Shown: positions 41,020-54,121 of the stretch, in pieces
Position numbering within the stretch: the stretch's first letter is position 1
Layout of the letters: the number at the start of each line of letters is the position of its first letter
Assembly (NCBI GenBank): GCA_013239625.1
Contig: MU053504.1
Span: forward strand, 684,001-748,000
Direction of reading: 5' to 3'
Length of the DNA stretch: 64,000 nt
Source: Lama guanicoe
Lineage: Eukaryota
Translations under genes and position numbers: made by a program
The notes under the pieces: generated by a model
Told to the model about the DNA's origin: nothing
The model's database searches: none
The model's input: the letters and a program-made list of their open reading frames with translations, nothing else

Positions 41020-41400
41020 TATCGCCTTTCATGTCAAAAGGGATGAGCGGTCATGATCAAGTTAAGGATCTTGAGATGGGACATTCTCTTGGATTATCTG
41101 AGTGGAGCCCATGTCATCACAAAGATTCATGTGAGTGAAGGTGGTGGTAGGAGAGTCAGAGGAGATATGATACAGGAAACAGAGGTCAGAAAGAGGTGGG
41201 GCCTTTTGCCCAGGAGTGTGGACACTTCTGGGAGCTGGAAAAGGCGAGAAATCGCATTCCCCTCTGGAGCCTTCAGAAGGAACACAGCCCTGCCATCCGT
41301 CGCAGACTCCTGACCTCTAGAACTGTAAAGTAACACACTTGTCTTGTTTTAAGTCACTAACCATGTGTTAACTTGTTACAGTGGCAAGAGGAACCTAATC
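41020..41400 (+). mobile_element. MaLR (MLT1D-like) solo LTR
   Basis: ttaaggatcttgagatggg...gagctggaaaaggc...agaactgtaaag...gttacagtggcaagaggaacctaat. Confidence 0.7.
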
Positions 41401-42211
41401 CAAGGAGGATGGAACATTTAAAAAGGACAGATGAGACTAAAAGGACAGGTACGATTTAAAGTGCATAATTTCTTGGTGGGGAAAAGACAATAAAGATGAA
41501 AGAAGGGCTGTTTGCCAATTGAGTGATGAAGGGAAAAAGAAAAAAATAGGGAAGTAGGGAAATTTACGGTCCTGAAAGACAAAAGAGAACCAAAGACTTA
41601 GAGGATTCAGAGCTTTTTTCCCACTGTGTCAAAACCAGCCAACAAACTAAAAACCCCAGTAACATATTGGATTATGCTGTGCTATGAGAAGAAAGGTCCA
41701 TGAAGCTAGAAATAGTGTAAAACACCCCAATACCATAAAAACAAGCGATAAGACGTGCATCGTCACACCAGACCACCTGGGCCCAGGAGCAGTGGCCAGA
41801 GCCCTCAAATGCACCGGGCAGCAGGGTCACGTGGACATCTCACGCTTTGCTCCAGCCCCACAACCTAGATGCCCCAGAAAACATTTCCAGCCTTATTACA
41901 TTAGCAGGCAGGCTGGATCAGGCAGCCTGCCGCACCCAGAAGTAACAGCCCTGGTGGAGCCCCAGCAGGAGTTGGAAGATTCAAAAGCAAGTCCAAGTCC
42001 CTCCCTCCAGACAAGATGGTGTGGACTCATCTCTCCTGCTGTCCCCGTTCAGTACACCCTGAACCCTACAAATGACAAACATGGGAGGATTCTGAGGTGG
42101 AAGAGGTAGGAGACTGGTTAGAGACCTGAGCACTGGAGGAAGAACACAGTGTCCAGGCACCCAGGTCCCTCTCCTAAGTCCCCAGGCACAGGAGGAGACC
42201 CTGGTGTGGCA

Positions 42212-42872
42212 TTAGAAAAAAGAAAAAGTCTAAATCAATAACCTAAGTTCCAGCCTCAAGAAATGGGGAGATGGGGAGCAAAATGAGCCCAAAGCAATCA
42301 AAGGGAGGAAATAATAAAAACAGTGGAAAAAAAAGAAATAAAACTGAAAACAATAGAGAAAATCACTAAAACAAAGGTGACTTCATTTAAAAGATCAATA
42401 GAAATGAAAAGCTTCTAGTACGACTGTTAAGAAAAAAGCAGAAATGACACCTTTCCAGGAACGAAACAGAGGACATCACTGCAGACACTGCAGACATCAG
42501 AAGGATAATAAGGGAATATTATGAACAACTGTCCAGACAGAAAATTGACGACTTAGAGACACCGGGACATGGTCCACAGAAAGCACAGCCTACTGCAATT
42601 CACGCAGTATGAAGTGAATACATTGAATAGCCCTAAACTAGGCAAGTTCTTTTTAAAATTCGAAAAAGAATTCTTGAGGCCCAGGTGGTTTCACAGGAAA
42701 ATTCTATCAGGATTTACAGGTGAATGAAAAAACAACTCTGGTGCACAGGAAACCAGTATAAAATTTTAGAGAATTTGAAATATATACTCCATTTTAGATG
42801 ACATTAGGGAATTACTGTTGATTTTATTAAGTGTGTAATGGTATTGGTTTGGTAGAAAATCAGTGTCCTTAA
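42212..42872 (+). mobile_element. Old L1 ORF2 fragment (paralog at 62905-64000)
   Basis: A-rich L1 ORF2-like sequence (aaggataataagggaatattatgaacaact, ggcccaggtggtttcacaggaaaattcta). Confidence 0.7.
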
Positions 42873-43550
42873 CCATGTAACCACACAGCTGTGGACTCCA
42901 CGGGCAACTGGATGTGCACATAGGACTCCGTTATTAGTGGACACAACCATGCAAATTCTGTATAGCTGTTGTTTAAGGGAAGGTGTTTGTCCTCTCCTTC
43001 CTATCTTTATTCTTCCAGCAGGAGGGACATGGACACTCGCTGACCCAGCACTGACCCCCAGCCCAGCAGACAAGGACAACACCATAGGCTACGCTGGAGG
43101 GGATGTCGGCCTTTGAAAGGTCTTCTGAAGTAAAGACACCTGGGAAACTGATCAACTGCCTCCTGATGTTACATGAGAAAGAAATAAGACATGTATTATG
43201 CATAGGAAGGGGGACTCTATATGTCCTTGGGACAATGCTCAGCTAAAGGAGAACGTGTTTCTAATGAGCACATATTTGTTATATGTGGTCCCTGGTCGGG
43301 AACTCAGATTCACCTTGATTAGTTTAGCCAGATCACCTGGACTAAAGGCAAGACATCTTCAACAACACCCACTGTCGTTTCCTGAGTCCCTTTGGCAAAC
43401 TCCAGATCCACTGGGTGGTAGAAGCAGAAAAGGGGATCATAGAGCTGAGATCATGCACTGATTTGCATTTAGTAAATGTGCACTGAGTGACTGTGATCAT
43501 TGCTGGTCCACTGTCACAGATCAGGGGACAGAGGAAGCCCATGCAGTGAC

Positions 43551-43680
43551 AACTCACGGTCACCTGGGTGCCTGGGCCAAACTCAAACTCCACAACTTAA
43601 GGGCTCCCTTTCCAGGATTTCACAGAGTAGTATGTGTAGAAGACTGCTTGGGTTACTTTATGTTACTAATGCGAGTGGAA
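43551..43680 (-). pseudogene. 3' half of a decayed IgV exon inside the C2-TM intron of gene C
   Basis: STRISNI...TYYSVKSWKGSP*VVEFEFGPGTQVTVS. The downstream flank (tcccctgatctgtgaca) resembles the flank of gene C's V exon (tcccctgctctgtgaca). Confidence 0.78.
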
Positions 43681-44048
43681 ATTGCAGAATGGAGAGACAC
43701 TAGGCAGAGGTTAGAAAAAGCAAGGAGGAGGGAGGTGGGCGGACAGGGAAGGATGAACATAATTACTGGTAGTTGAAGAAAGCAAGAGGCAGAATGCTAT
43801 GAACACAATTATCTCCTTCCTTCCTGTCTTTCTTTAATTATATTTATGACAAAAGATTGGTAAGAATATATCAAACTTTTAACAGTGGTGATTTTTGGAG
43901 TATGGGATTTGGGGAGGGGAGCTCACTTCAAAATTCTACTTTATATTTATAGACTTCTAGATTATTCTATAACAAGGAAGAATTACTACTTTTAATAATT
44001 TAAAAAGATAAAATTTTAAAAGCCCTGTCAGGTTAATGGAACCCTCAC

Positions 44049-44375
44049 CAGGGAGTTCATGTGTGTCCTGGTCCTTCTGGGGAGCAGAGGCCTCCAGGGT
44101 GAGGTAGGCGCTGACCGCCGGCTGCCCATCGTGCTCCACCCGGCAGGACAACACCTCCCCCCTGTGGGCGGACGAGTTCACCAGGAGCCAGCTCGTCCGG
44201 TTAAAGGTCCCATCCTTGTTCTCCGTGAGGGTCGACGCCGCTTCTATCCTGGACACGTTTCCGTTCTCCACCCAGCTCAGCTGGAGGTCTCGGGGGTAGA
44301 AGTGCTTCGCCTGGCAGGTGACGTTCACCTGGGTCCCTGCCGTGGGCTGTTGGGTGACCTCCACGGTGGGCGGAA
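44049..44375 (-). CDS. SIRPB1: Gene C second IgC1 exon, intact
   Basis: 327 nt, phase 1/1, canonical splice sites. VPPTVEVTQQP...VNVTCQAKHFYP...WVENGN...ENKDGTFN...LSCRVEHDGQPAV. Confidence 0.93.
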
Positions 44376-44952
44376 CTGAAACAGCACAGGGCAGGAGCTC
44401 TGACCTTGTGGAACAGAGAGGTCACAGGGCAGGGGCTGGAGAGCAGCTCCCAGCCCAGCAAGGGGGTGCCTGAGGACAGAGCCAGGCATGCAGCAGGTGC
44501 TCAAAAACTCAGCATGCAATTTGCATATCAGTGAGATCCTAAGCACCTTGCAGGGCACACAGCAGGTGCTCAAGGACTGGTTGGTCCTGTTAGGGTTATA
44601 ATGTGGGGAGTCAGTAAGCAACTGGCATGCAGTTGGAATATAATAACTGCAGCCAAGTAAGTGAAATCCCTAGGCACTTAGGGGCTTGGCTTAGAGTAGG
44701 TGCTCAGTAGTTGGAGATGCTGTTGTAAGTAAAGGAAACTGCTGAGCACAGTGCTTGGCACGTGGCAGGTGTCACCTGGCAGCTGCCATTAAATCAGTAG
44801 TGAGTGACCAGCACATGGAGGTGCCTGGTGGTCGGGAAGGACTGTCAGGAAATCTACTCCAGGCAATTCAAGGCCTGGAGCCAAAAGCAGGGGGAGGAGC
44901 AGGTGGGGCTTGGGGGCAGGTGTGGGCTCGGGCTGGTGTGAGGGGCATCTAC

Positions 44953-45273
44953 CTCGGATGGTCTCAGACAAGTTGGCAGTCCCACGGAGAGGAGGGCCCC
45001 CCTGCAGGGTGACGTGGGCCACCTTGCAGGTGACCTGGGAGCGAGCATCCCCTGGGTCCAGCACCACCTTGGCTGTGCTGGAGACGCTGTAGGAAACGCT
45101 GTCTCCCTCTGGGTCCACGCTGGTCTGGGAGGCTGTGATCTCCTTCCCGTTTTTGAACCATTTCAGGGAGATGTTTCTGGGGGAGAAGCCGTGGGATCTG
45201 CAGGTGAAGCTCACTGTCTGCTCAGGTGGGGCCCTCGTGGCGGGGCCTGATACCACGGGAGGAGAGGGTTTGG
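44953..45273 (-). CDS. SIRPB1: Gene C first IgC1 exon, intact
   Basis: 321 nt, phase 1/1. AKPSPPVVSGP...FTCRSHGFSPRNISLKWFKNG...VTCKVAHVTLQGGPPLRGTANLSETIR. Confidence 0.93.
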
Positions 45274-45351
45274 CTATACAAAAGGAGCATTTACAACAAC
45301 GAACATAATTGTCATTATTATCACTAATGATAAGCTTGCGACACAGTTAAC

Positions 45352-45467
45352 GGGGGAGATAATTAGGATTAATTAATTTCTTTTTATTTTAATGGAGGTA
45401 GTGAGGATTGAACCCAGGACCTCGTGCATGCTAAGCACGCGCTCTACCACTGAGCTATACTCTCCCC
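45352..45467 (-). mobile_element. tRNA-Ala-derived SINE (camelid Vic-1-like)
   Basis: Reverse strand GGGGAGAGTATAGCTCAGTGGTAGAGCGCGTGCTTAGCATGCACGAGGTCCTGGGTTCAATCC, plus the same AT-rich tail as the copy at 2746. Confidence 0.88.
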
Positions 45468-48400
45468 GCTAAGAACGTTTACATATATTATGTTTTAATC
45501 CTGCGATTAGTTCTCAGAGGGCTGTGTCTTCATCCTCATCCTAAAAGGAGACACTGTTTCTGAGAGGTGAGCTCTGAGTCAGGGGTGGGGCGGACATGGT
45601 TTCCAGGCCTGAGTTCAAAGTCCACTTTCTTTCCTCCACCAGGTGATTTCTTACCAATCTGGGCGCAGGAACAAAAGACCTGATGGCTGCCTCTCTCCTA
45701 TTAACTCTTCCTAGCTGGGCTTCCCTGGAAAACTTAACTACCTTCAGAGAAGCATTCACAGAAGTAAGTGCAGGGGAAGCAGGGGTGGAGCGGGACCACC
45801 TCGGCTGCTGAACCAGGCTGGGCAGTAGATGAGGGGTGTGGCCGGCACCGCTCCCAGCTCCTCATCTGCGAAAAGGGACAGCAGGCCTTGTCCTTCCCGG
45901 GGCTGCAGTGAGGGTTCGATCAGGCAGGGGAAGTGTCTTTGCTTTAAGTAAAATACAAGATGCCTCCCAATGCTAAACATTGTATTTATATCCAGAGCTG
46001 TCTCTTCAGGTTTGTATGAATTTACTCCGTAGTTTTCATTCTTTCCACAAATATTCCGGTAGGACTAATATACCAGCTCCTGAATTTCAAAGGCAGGGTG
46101 CAAAGGGGTGTTTTTCTGAATCTGGGTTCTTCTCTTGGGTCAGTTTTGAGTTGAAAGCAAAGATCACTGAGAGCTGAGAAACCAGAGGTTGTTAATTTCT
46201 TACTCGTTATTAAATCAGAAGAGACACAGACACAGGCTTTTGAAGCAGGCAGATGTACCACCTGTGTCTTGAAAACAAACACAAATCAGCTAATCAAAAG
46301 GGAGGGTGGTTTCTCCCTCTGGAAGGTTATAGGGTGTCTCCAGATTGTTCATTATTACCTAACACCTCCTGTAAAGGTTGGCAGACAGAAAATATTACAA
46401 ACATTTGCATCTGTAAATATTTAACTTGCTTTCTAAAAGTCATCATTTTGAGGACATAGTAAGGAAGTGTTACTTGAACAAGTCAAGTCATAAAAACACA
46501 GCATCCTGGACGCCCCTAAAGGAATGATTTACTGTAATCAGTTATCATTTAGAGAGAGTTTCCTGGGAGCCTGACACTGGGCTTATCCCTCCATGACCTT
46601 CAGCTCTTTAATATCCCCACCAGCCGTGTGAGGGGGGCCTGAGTCGGGTCCCATTTATGGGATGAGGCTCAGGGAGGACACAGCTGGCCAAGAGCACCCA
46701 GCGAAGAATGGTCGGAGATCATCTCACTGCACACATTTACTGATTTTAGTGCCTCTGTCTTTACCTCTAAGCCTCAGTGTCTGTTTCCCTGCAATGTGTG
46801 TGACAGCCCCACCCTGGTCAGACGAGGGGGGATGTACTTAAAACACAGAGCCTGGTGCACAGTGGGTGCTTAAGCACCAAGACCTGTGAGTGTTGTCACA
46901 AGATCTGGTCGTTCCTAGTTCCGAAACTACTTGTTTATTCTTCAGGCAGTGAGAAGGCAGAACACAAGCACAACAGGAAAAAACAAACAAACAAAAAGTC
47001 TCAAATCCTGCTCCATGCAGCTGGCATGAAAAACCCTAATGAAAAAGCAGCCATAGAACCACCACAGTATGATTCTCTTCCTCTTTTTATAATAATCCCT
47101 TCAGGATTATAATTGGGGGAATTGGCTTTCAAAATATATGATGTCGCAGGCATTTCCCCGCAGACCAGCTCTTTACAGAAAGCTGGAAGCATTTTGAAAG
47201 GAGGGAGGAGAGATTGCATCAGTGTCATGTTGGTGTGTTGAGGCTGGCGGGCTCTGTGCTGAGCAGAGAGTGTTTGAGGGGATCCCAGCCCCTCTTTAAA
47301 GATGGGAAGTCTTCCCCAGCAACAAAACTCAGGGCTGAACAGACTCCACTGAGTCCATAGGAAGCCCTTCACCCCAGGTGAGCTCCATGGGAGGAGGTGT
47401 CCCTCCCCCTTGATTCAAGCTTCCTTTCTTGGCTTCTGAAGAACTGTAACCGTCATAGGCTATTCTGCAACGTCCCTGAAAAGCTGTTCTCGCACCTCCA
47501 GCACCAAGGAGGAGTGACCTCTGTCTGGGCAAAACCCCAGCTCCATCTGTGACCTCAGAGAACACGGAGCTCAGGGCTTGTCCGCCAGGGCTGTGGGCAG
47601 CATCCCCTGCAGGAGTTAATCAGTCAGCTGCCCGGGCCCACGTGTCTCCAATTAAACCAGGGTTTCTTGGGTGGGGACAGGGGCTGGGGATCCTGTCAGC
47701 GTTTTCTGATTCTGATAGGCAGCCAAGGTGGAAAGCACCCGGCTCCACCCCAACCCCAGTTATACTCAATCCTGCAGGGAGTGAGCCGCCCGAGGCCTCC
47801 GGCTTCCGCACATCAGAGCTAACAGTGGCGGAACACGTACACTGTTCGGGCTCTGCTCTAAGCTCTATACATGGATCCCTCATTCAGTCCCTGCAGCGGC
47901 TCTGGGAGGGCGGAGCTGACAGGGACAGACCAGGACCCCGAGCCCCCGTGTGGAGAGGGACGCGTCTGAGGTCCCAGAGCCGGGATCTGGCAGAGCTGGG
48001 ATGGGAGCCCAGGCAGCAGGGCTCGGCCCAGGCTCTAAACCACTGTGTCCTGAGGCTCAGGGACACCCTAGCCCACCCCATCTAGGGCTTTCTAAACCTC
48101 TCCAGTCACCACAGACCCTGAAAGGCAGCCGAGATCACAGGTGGGGAAACTGAGGACTAGCGGGAACTGAGACTTGCGCAGACCACAGCCTGGGGGGACA
48201 ACGCCATGGCTCACTGAGGGGCTGCTCTGTCACCAGGCTCATCTCACCCTCAGGACATCCTGCAAAGTTGGTGTGATTGTCATCCTTCTACAGGCCGGTA
48301 AGCCTTGCAAAGGGAAGTGGGTCACAGCCTTGAAACACCTCTACTTGGTGGGGGGCCTACTCTGTGCTGGTGGTTTAGACATACAGTCTGAAATCCTTCT

Positions 48401-51066
48401 AACCCTGCTAGAAAGAGTCCATGATTATCACCATTTTGCAAATGATAAAACTGAGGCTGAGAGAAATAAAAGTCTCTTCAGCCCCACAACCATATCCCAG
48501 AAGGAATTTCCTTGACCCCTGGGGTTTCATGTCCAACAACAGAGCAGGGGCCCCCACACTGACCACCACCCTCCCCTTTTCACTCTGAGATTCTTGACTT
48601 CAAGCGAGACCAGGGAGGAGTGCCCTCCGAGGGCCCAGGCCTGGGGACCCTGTAGCAAAAAGGGGGAGACACGGGCTCCTGACACGTGAGTCTAGAACAT
48701 GAACTCTGTCCACGCGGGGCCCCCAGCGTCCTCTAGGAACTACCTCCCCCTCCCCCTCCTCAGTCTGTGGGGCCAGGAGTGGGCGTGCCCGGTGCTGCTG
48801 GGATGCAGGGGCCCCTCTGCTCTGTCCTTGCTCCCCTTCGCGGAGCTGCTCCCGCAGGCCACTCAGTGAAGGGGCGACATCACAGCAACAGGGAGAAAAG
48901 GACTCCTGGTGCTTCTAAGTGCGCTGAGCCCTGCCTCATAGGAGCAGATTCAGGATGTCATGAGACACTGCATCTGTCTGTTCCCAGTTACAAGGCTAGC
49001 CTGGCAGCCACACAGGATTTTTGTTTTTAATACTTATTGCTGAGGAACAGAACAGCACAAGAGTTTAAACGGAAAGTGTCGGAGCTTTCTCCCCACTTTG
49101 ACAAGCACAGTGGGGTGTGCAGAGAGCTGGGTGTGAGTCAGGCTGCTTGTGGTTCCACCTTGGCCCCCTTACCTGCTCACCCGCCAGGTCCCCTCTCAGA
49201 GCCTCAGGGGCACAGATGGCCCCTCCCTCAGAGCACTGCCTATAGGCAGTAACTGCCAGGAGGAAGATTCAGCATCTGACAGGCTGCTACCCCCTCACCC
49301 CCTCCTGCCTCCCTCCTTTCTCATCCAGGGAATCATCTGGGCAGGTGCTTGGGGAAGAGGATGATGGTCTCCTGGGAGGCAGCAGGTCTGAGTGGGGTTG
49401 GAGCCAGTTCCCACCTGTGATTGGCTGTGCAGAGGAGGCACCACCTGGGAACGTTAGTGATACCCGCAAAGCCAGGATTAACCTTCCCTCCTGTGTCCAG
49501 GGCTTGTGGGGATATTTGCTTGCAGCCTCAGCTGGGAGGGAAATTTGGCACTATCTTCACAAATCAAAATACACATACTCTCTGATGTAGTAATGACACT
49601 TGCAGTGGGAATTTCCTCTTTGACGAGAGTGAGGCATGGACAGCGGTATCGACTGAAGTGCTGTCTTAATAGCCCAAGGTTGGGGACAACTTGGTACCCT
49701 TGAGCAGAAGACGGCAGAGGGAAAGATGCTCTGTGCGTACCGTGTGCTGTTTTGCAGCTGCTGAGACCCTGGGCAGCCCTGGGTGCTGATATGGGATGAG
49801 TGACTTGGGATCATGTGGCTGAAATTAGGCAGAGGTTGCCAGTCACCTGGGGACTCAGGGTCTGAATGCAAGGAGCATTTGAATCTTACGGAAACTGAAG
49901 AAAATGCTCCCTGTTCAATGGTTTGACCCAAGGAGCTTTTTATTCAGCACCTACTATGTGCCAGGCTCTTCCAAGGAGCCAGTGTCCAATGGTGGTGCAG
50001 GAGGAGCCTGGACTGAATCAGTTGGGTTCTGTAAAGATCCCATCACTCACTGGCCTTGTGAGTGTGGTCTAGGTCCCTGTCACCTCTTGGCCTCAGGCTC
50101 CCCATGTGTAGGTGGGGGACTAGGCAGTTGGTGTCTAAAAATCCTTCCTGCCCTGACAGTCCAGTATTCTGGAGTTAGAATGAGGATCCTGGGCCTTTGG
50201 CAGAAAACCCTAAAGGAGCACCTTTGCTACCTCGATGGGGCAGAAACTAAGACAGTGATATGGGGAACCTCTTCCCTGGGTGCGGGACATTGTGAGATGC
50301 AACAGCTCTGCTTGGAGCCTTCAGTGACTGTGTGAGTTGATCCCTGAATCACACGAGAGATTCATGACAGAGCCTCCCAGGAAACACCCAACCTCTGGGC
50401 ATCTCCTCCAAACCCGGCTGTGAGAGTTAACACTGAATATCTGCCTCTAGGAGTTTCTTCTGAGTGTGATGTTTCTCAAGAAGAAATAAAGTAACACATT
50501 CTACATCCTGCCCCCAACCCTCAACAATTCCCCGGCCAGGATGGACTCTCTGCATTGGAAGGGAAGAGGACACAAGCTTCATGGGAGAACAGCCCTTGTC
50601 TGCTCTTTCACTGCTGCTTCCACGGCATCCAGAGCAGGGCCGGGCACACAGTAGGTGCTCAGTAAGTGCTGAATAGAGAGAAGACTGAGCCACATTTGAG
50701 GGGAGCACTCACTGGAGGCAAGAGGTGAGGTCTGGCCTGTGACCTGGCAGATCACTCAGACTTTAGCTCCCTTGAGCCTGGAACCAAAGGGCTGGAAGGG
50801 ATTGAAAAGACAAGGTATGTGGAGCCAGGCAGCCTGGGCTTCCAGACTTTTCATACCAATTACCATCCGTGGGGCCTTGAGCAAATAGCACGACCTCTCC
50901 AGGCCTCAACTTCCCTGATGTGTAGATAGGACGGAAATCAGATCATGACCCAGTCATGATAAAGCACCCACTGCTGCACCTGATTCTTACTTTTGCTCAA
51001 AGACAGGAGGGCATTTTGTTGACTCGTTGTCACAGAGCAGGGGACGAGAGGCCCACGTGTACTCAC

Positions 51067-51404
51067 CACTCACAGTGAGCCGAGTGCCTGGTCCAGACTT
51101 ATACTCCGTGTCACCAGGTAATCCTCTCTGGAACTTCACACAGTAGTAGGCACCGGCGTCTGCCGGGGTGATGTTACTGATGCGGATGGAAAAGTCCATG
51201 TTGTCTCTCCTTGTGGCACTCGGGGGAAGTGGCCTCCTTTGAAATCGTAGATTAACTCCCGGCCTGGCCCTGTGCCCCTGAACCACGTGATGGGCCCCAC
51301 GGGGAACAGGGAGGTCACGGTGCAGCGCAGAGTGGCCGTCTCTCCGGCTGCAACCGACACTGACGTCTCAGGCTGAACCACCTGCAGCTCCTGAGCCGCC
51401 ACTC
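51067..51404 (-). pseudogene. SIRPB1: Gene C IgV exon with a 16-nt frameshifting deletion
   Basis: 338 nt versus 354 nt for gene A's V exon. CCCCGAGT|GCCACAAGG lacks the equivalent of AACAAATGCTTCAGAC, giving a premature stop at 51136. Splice sites are intact. Confidence 0.9.
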
Positions 51405-52066
51405 CTGGAGGGAAACACAGAGCAGTTATTCATTCCTCCTCATGTGATCAGGTAGGTTTTCTCATGTGTTTACCAACAGCAGCTTTTACTGACAAAGAGC
51501 ACTGTAGGCCAGCCTTGACCTCAGCCCAGTGCAGCTACCGTTGCATAGTCCCTCACGAAGAGCCTGTAATGTGAGACTCCAACACAAACGAGGAAACTGA
51601 GGCACAGAGAGGGTAAATGGCACAGCAGAGAGCAGGTCTGAGTGCCTGAGTCCTGTCTGCAAATGTCTTGCTTTACCAGATGTTTCTGTCTGTCTGCTTC
51701 CTGGACTCATGGTGGATTGTACTTCTGGACCTTTGCATTGGGAGGGGCTATGAGACTTCTTTCGACCACAGAGAGGTGAGCAGCAGTGATGGATGTATTT
51801 TGTGGTTATGCATTTAACTGCAAGAACCTTTAAGGATCAACTTCCCTATTCCACAGAGATCCACACACTCATAATGGGGTCGGCTCCATCAGCCTGGGTA
51901 CTTGAGTAACTGTGATGTTGAGAGCTCCTGACCCACAATGGACATGTAGTTTATAAGGGAAATAAAACATTGTTTCAAGTCCCCATGGGATTTTTTTCCC
52001 AATGTTTAATCGGGTTATATTAGTTAGCTAAGGTTGTTGTAATAAATTATCAAAAATTTAGTGGCA

Positions 52067-52193
52067 GAGAAGACTCTAATGCAAAAAGATACATGCACCC
52101 CAGTATTCATAGCAGGAGTATTTACATAGACAAGAAAGGGGAGTAACCTAAATGTCCATCGACAGATGACTGGATAAAGTGTGGTGTATGTAT

Positions 52194-52247
<54 letters not shown>

Positions 52248-52450
52248 GCATACGCAGTGGAGTACTACTGAGCCAAAAAAAGAATGAAATGTTGCTATTT
52301 TCAGTAAAGTGGATGGACCTAGAGAATATTCTACTTAGTGACAAGTCAGACAGAGAAGGACAAACACTGTATGGTATCACTTATGTGTGGAATCTAAAAA
52401 TATAATACAAATCAATCTATATAAAAAGCAGAAACAGATTACAGACATAG
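52067..52450 (+). mobile_element. L1 3' fragment containing a (GATA)n microsatellite (52195-52247)
   Basis: aaagatacatgcaccccagtattcatagcagg...aaatgtccatcgacagatgactggataaag...gtggatggacctagagaatatt. Confidence 0.85.
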
Positions 52451-52990
52451 GAAAGATCATAAGGACAACTATTTTGTCTCTTTATTCACCAGTGCTCCCC
52501 AAGTTTCTGTAACAGTTCCTAGTACCCAGCAGGAAAGCAATAAGTATTTGCATGCTGTGTGAATTGCCTAGTGCGACATCTCCCTGAGACCCTGAAGTCC
52601 ACTTTCAGGGCATAATCTCTGTGGAAGTTGTACAGAAACTGCGTTTCCCATGCAGATGACTTGGCAAAAAACAGAAGTACTCTGTGCATATGCAAGAAGC
52701 AGAAGAGCTGAGGAGAAGATAACCACAAGCCTCTGCCCCACACCACCCGCTTCCCTGTACTCACTGGCAGAAGCTGCAGAAAACTCGTGAGGTGAAAGCA
52801 AGGACCCAGTAAGGTGAAGACCAGTGGTGAGACCTTGAACCCCAGAGCCAGACAGCCCGAGTTCCAGTCACAGCTCTTCCCTTCACTGCTGAGGGACGGT
52901 GAACCAGTGTGTGCTTCCTTTTTCTCATCTGTAAAGCCCTGGTACGACAGTGTCTACCTTGGATACATGCTCGCATGAGACAGCGTGGGA

Positions 52991-53268
52991 ACTCCGAGAT
53001 TGCCCCACATGAAAGTCTACTCATTTTACTAAGACATACATTTGCTTGCCTTAAGAAACTGGGAGAGGGTCGGGGTAAATTTGGTGAGGGTGTTGAGAAA
53101 AGAAACCATAGGCAGGAGTCTGTATCATTCATCCTGTCCTGTCCAGCGTGGGAAAGGGACTCCGAGATTGCCCCACATGAAAGTCTACTCATTTTACTAA
53201 GACATACATTTGCTTGCCTTAAGAAACTGGGAGAGGGTCGGGGTAAATTTGGTGAGGGTGTTGAGAAA
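52991..53268. repeat. 110-bp perfect direct repeat (52991-53100 and 53159-53268)
   Basis: Directly visible; it produces the duplicated peptide in ORF 52909-53313. Confidence 0.95.
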
Positions 53269-54121
53269 CCGGGAAAGACTAAGCATCTGATGATGTCATT
53301 TCATGTAGACTGAAAAATGCTTTGCGGAGAGCATTACAGAAACCTTATCGGAATCCCATGTGTCTGTGTTTATTTTACTTCCTCGCACCTCCTCGTACAC
53401 ACACACAAACACACACAGACTGCACACGTTGACGAGTACATATACCAGTGTAGCCTACTGCTGTACTATACGGATTCTTTTGAGAATTAAGTGAAATTAT
53501 AACACATATGAAAAGCTTAGTAAAAATTCTGGCATGTAGGAGCCACCCAACACATCACTAACAAAAGTTTGAGAGGCCACACAGCAGGGTTTGAACTCTG
53601 TGATCTCTGAGTGGGATGATGGGTGATGACGATTCTGACTGTTCCTCTGTATTATCTGATTTTCTTGCAATTAGGATCCACCAAGAAGCTGAGCAGCACA
53701 ACACGGTTCAAAGAATGAACCTGGAACTGGTTGGCCTGCACTTGAACCCAACGTTTCCTACTTTAGGTAGGTGACATCGGGCAGTGTACTCTCTCTGTCT
53801 CAGTTTCCCCTTCTGTAAATCTGGGATAATAGTCACAGCTTCACACAGGGATGTTGTGAGGCTTACACGAGTTACTACGGAAAAAGCCGTCATTGTTGGT
53901 GTTTGAAGCATCGTCTCCTTCGAAACCCTGGTGTCCAGCTGCAGGTGGCGGAGCCACAGAGGAAATGCTCAGATCCCTGATTTCATGCTCTCGGATAATG
54001 CCCAGCCCTTGGCCATCTGTGGCTTCCCCAAGTGGCACACCCCTGTTTACCAGGAGGTCCTAAACATGCAGGGGGAGGTCTAGGGACAGGGTGAAGGGAT
54101 TCTACCCCAAGGAGTGCTCAC

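Larger units (their letters stand above)
35686..42880. repeat. Proximal copy of a segmental duplication (35686-37768 and 41228-42880 match 59099-64000)
   Basis: Long collinear similarity, e.g. aattaatcaggttaag...gaatgccagggtgagagagg and gcacccaggtccctctcctaagtc in both copies. Confidence 0.9.

Noticed and set aside
45393..45467. tRNA-Ala(AGC) gene (also at 2797-2871)
   Set aside because: The acceptor and T stems are altered, both copies share a SINE-type AT-rich tail, and one has a TSD. These are SINEs, not tRNA genes.
45500..50950. Long GC-rich ORFs (e.g. 47549-48085, 49904-50335) as nested genes
   Set aside because: No recognisable domains, many alternative start codons, and overlapping frames on both strands. 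This is expected by chance in a GC-rich intron.
52024..52380. ORF with an IYLSIYLS repeat
   Set aside because: Translation of a (GATA)n microsatellite within antisense L1.
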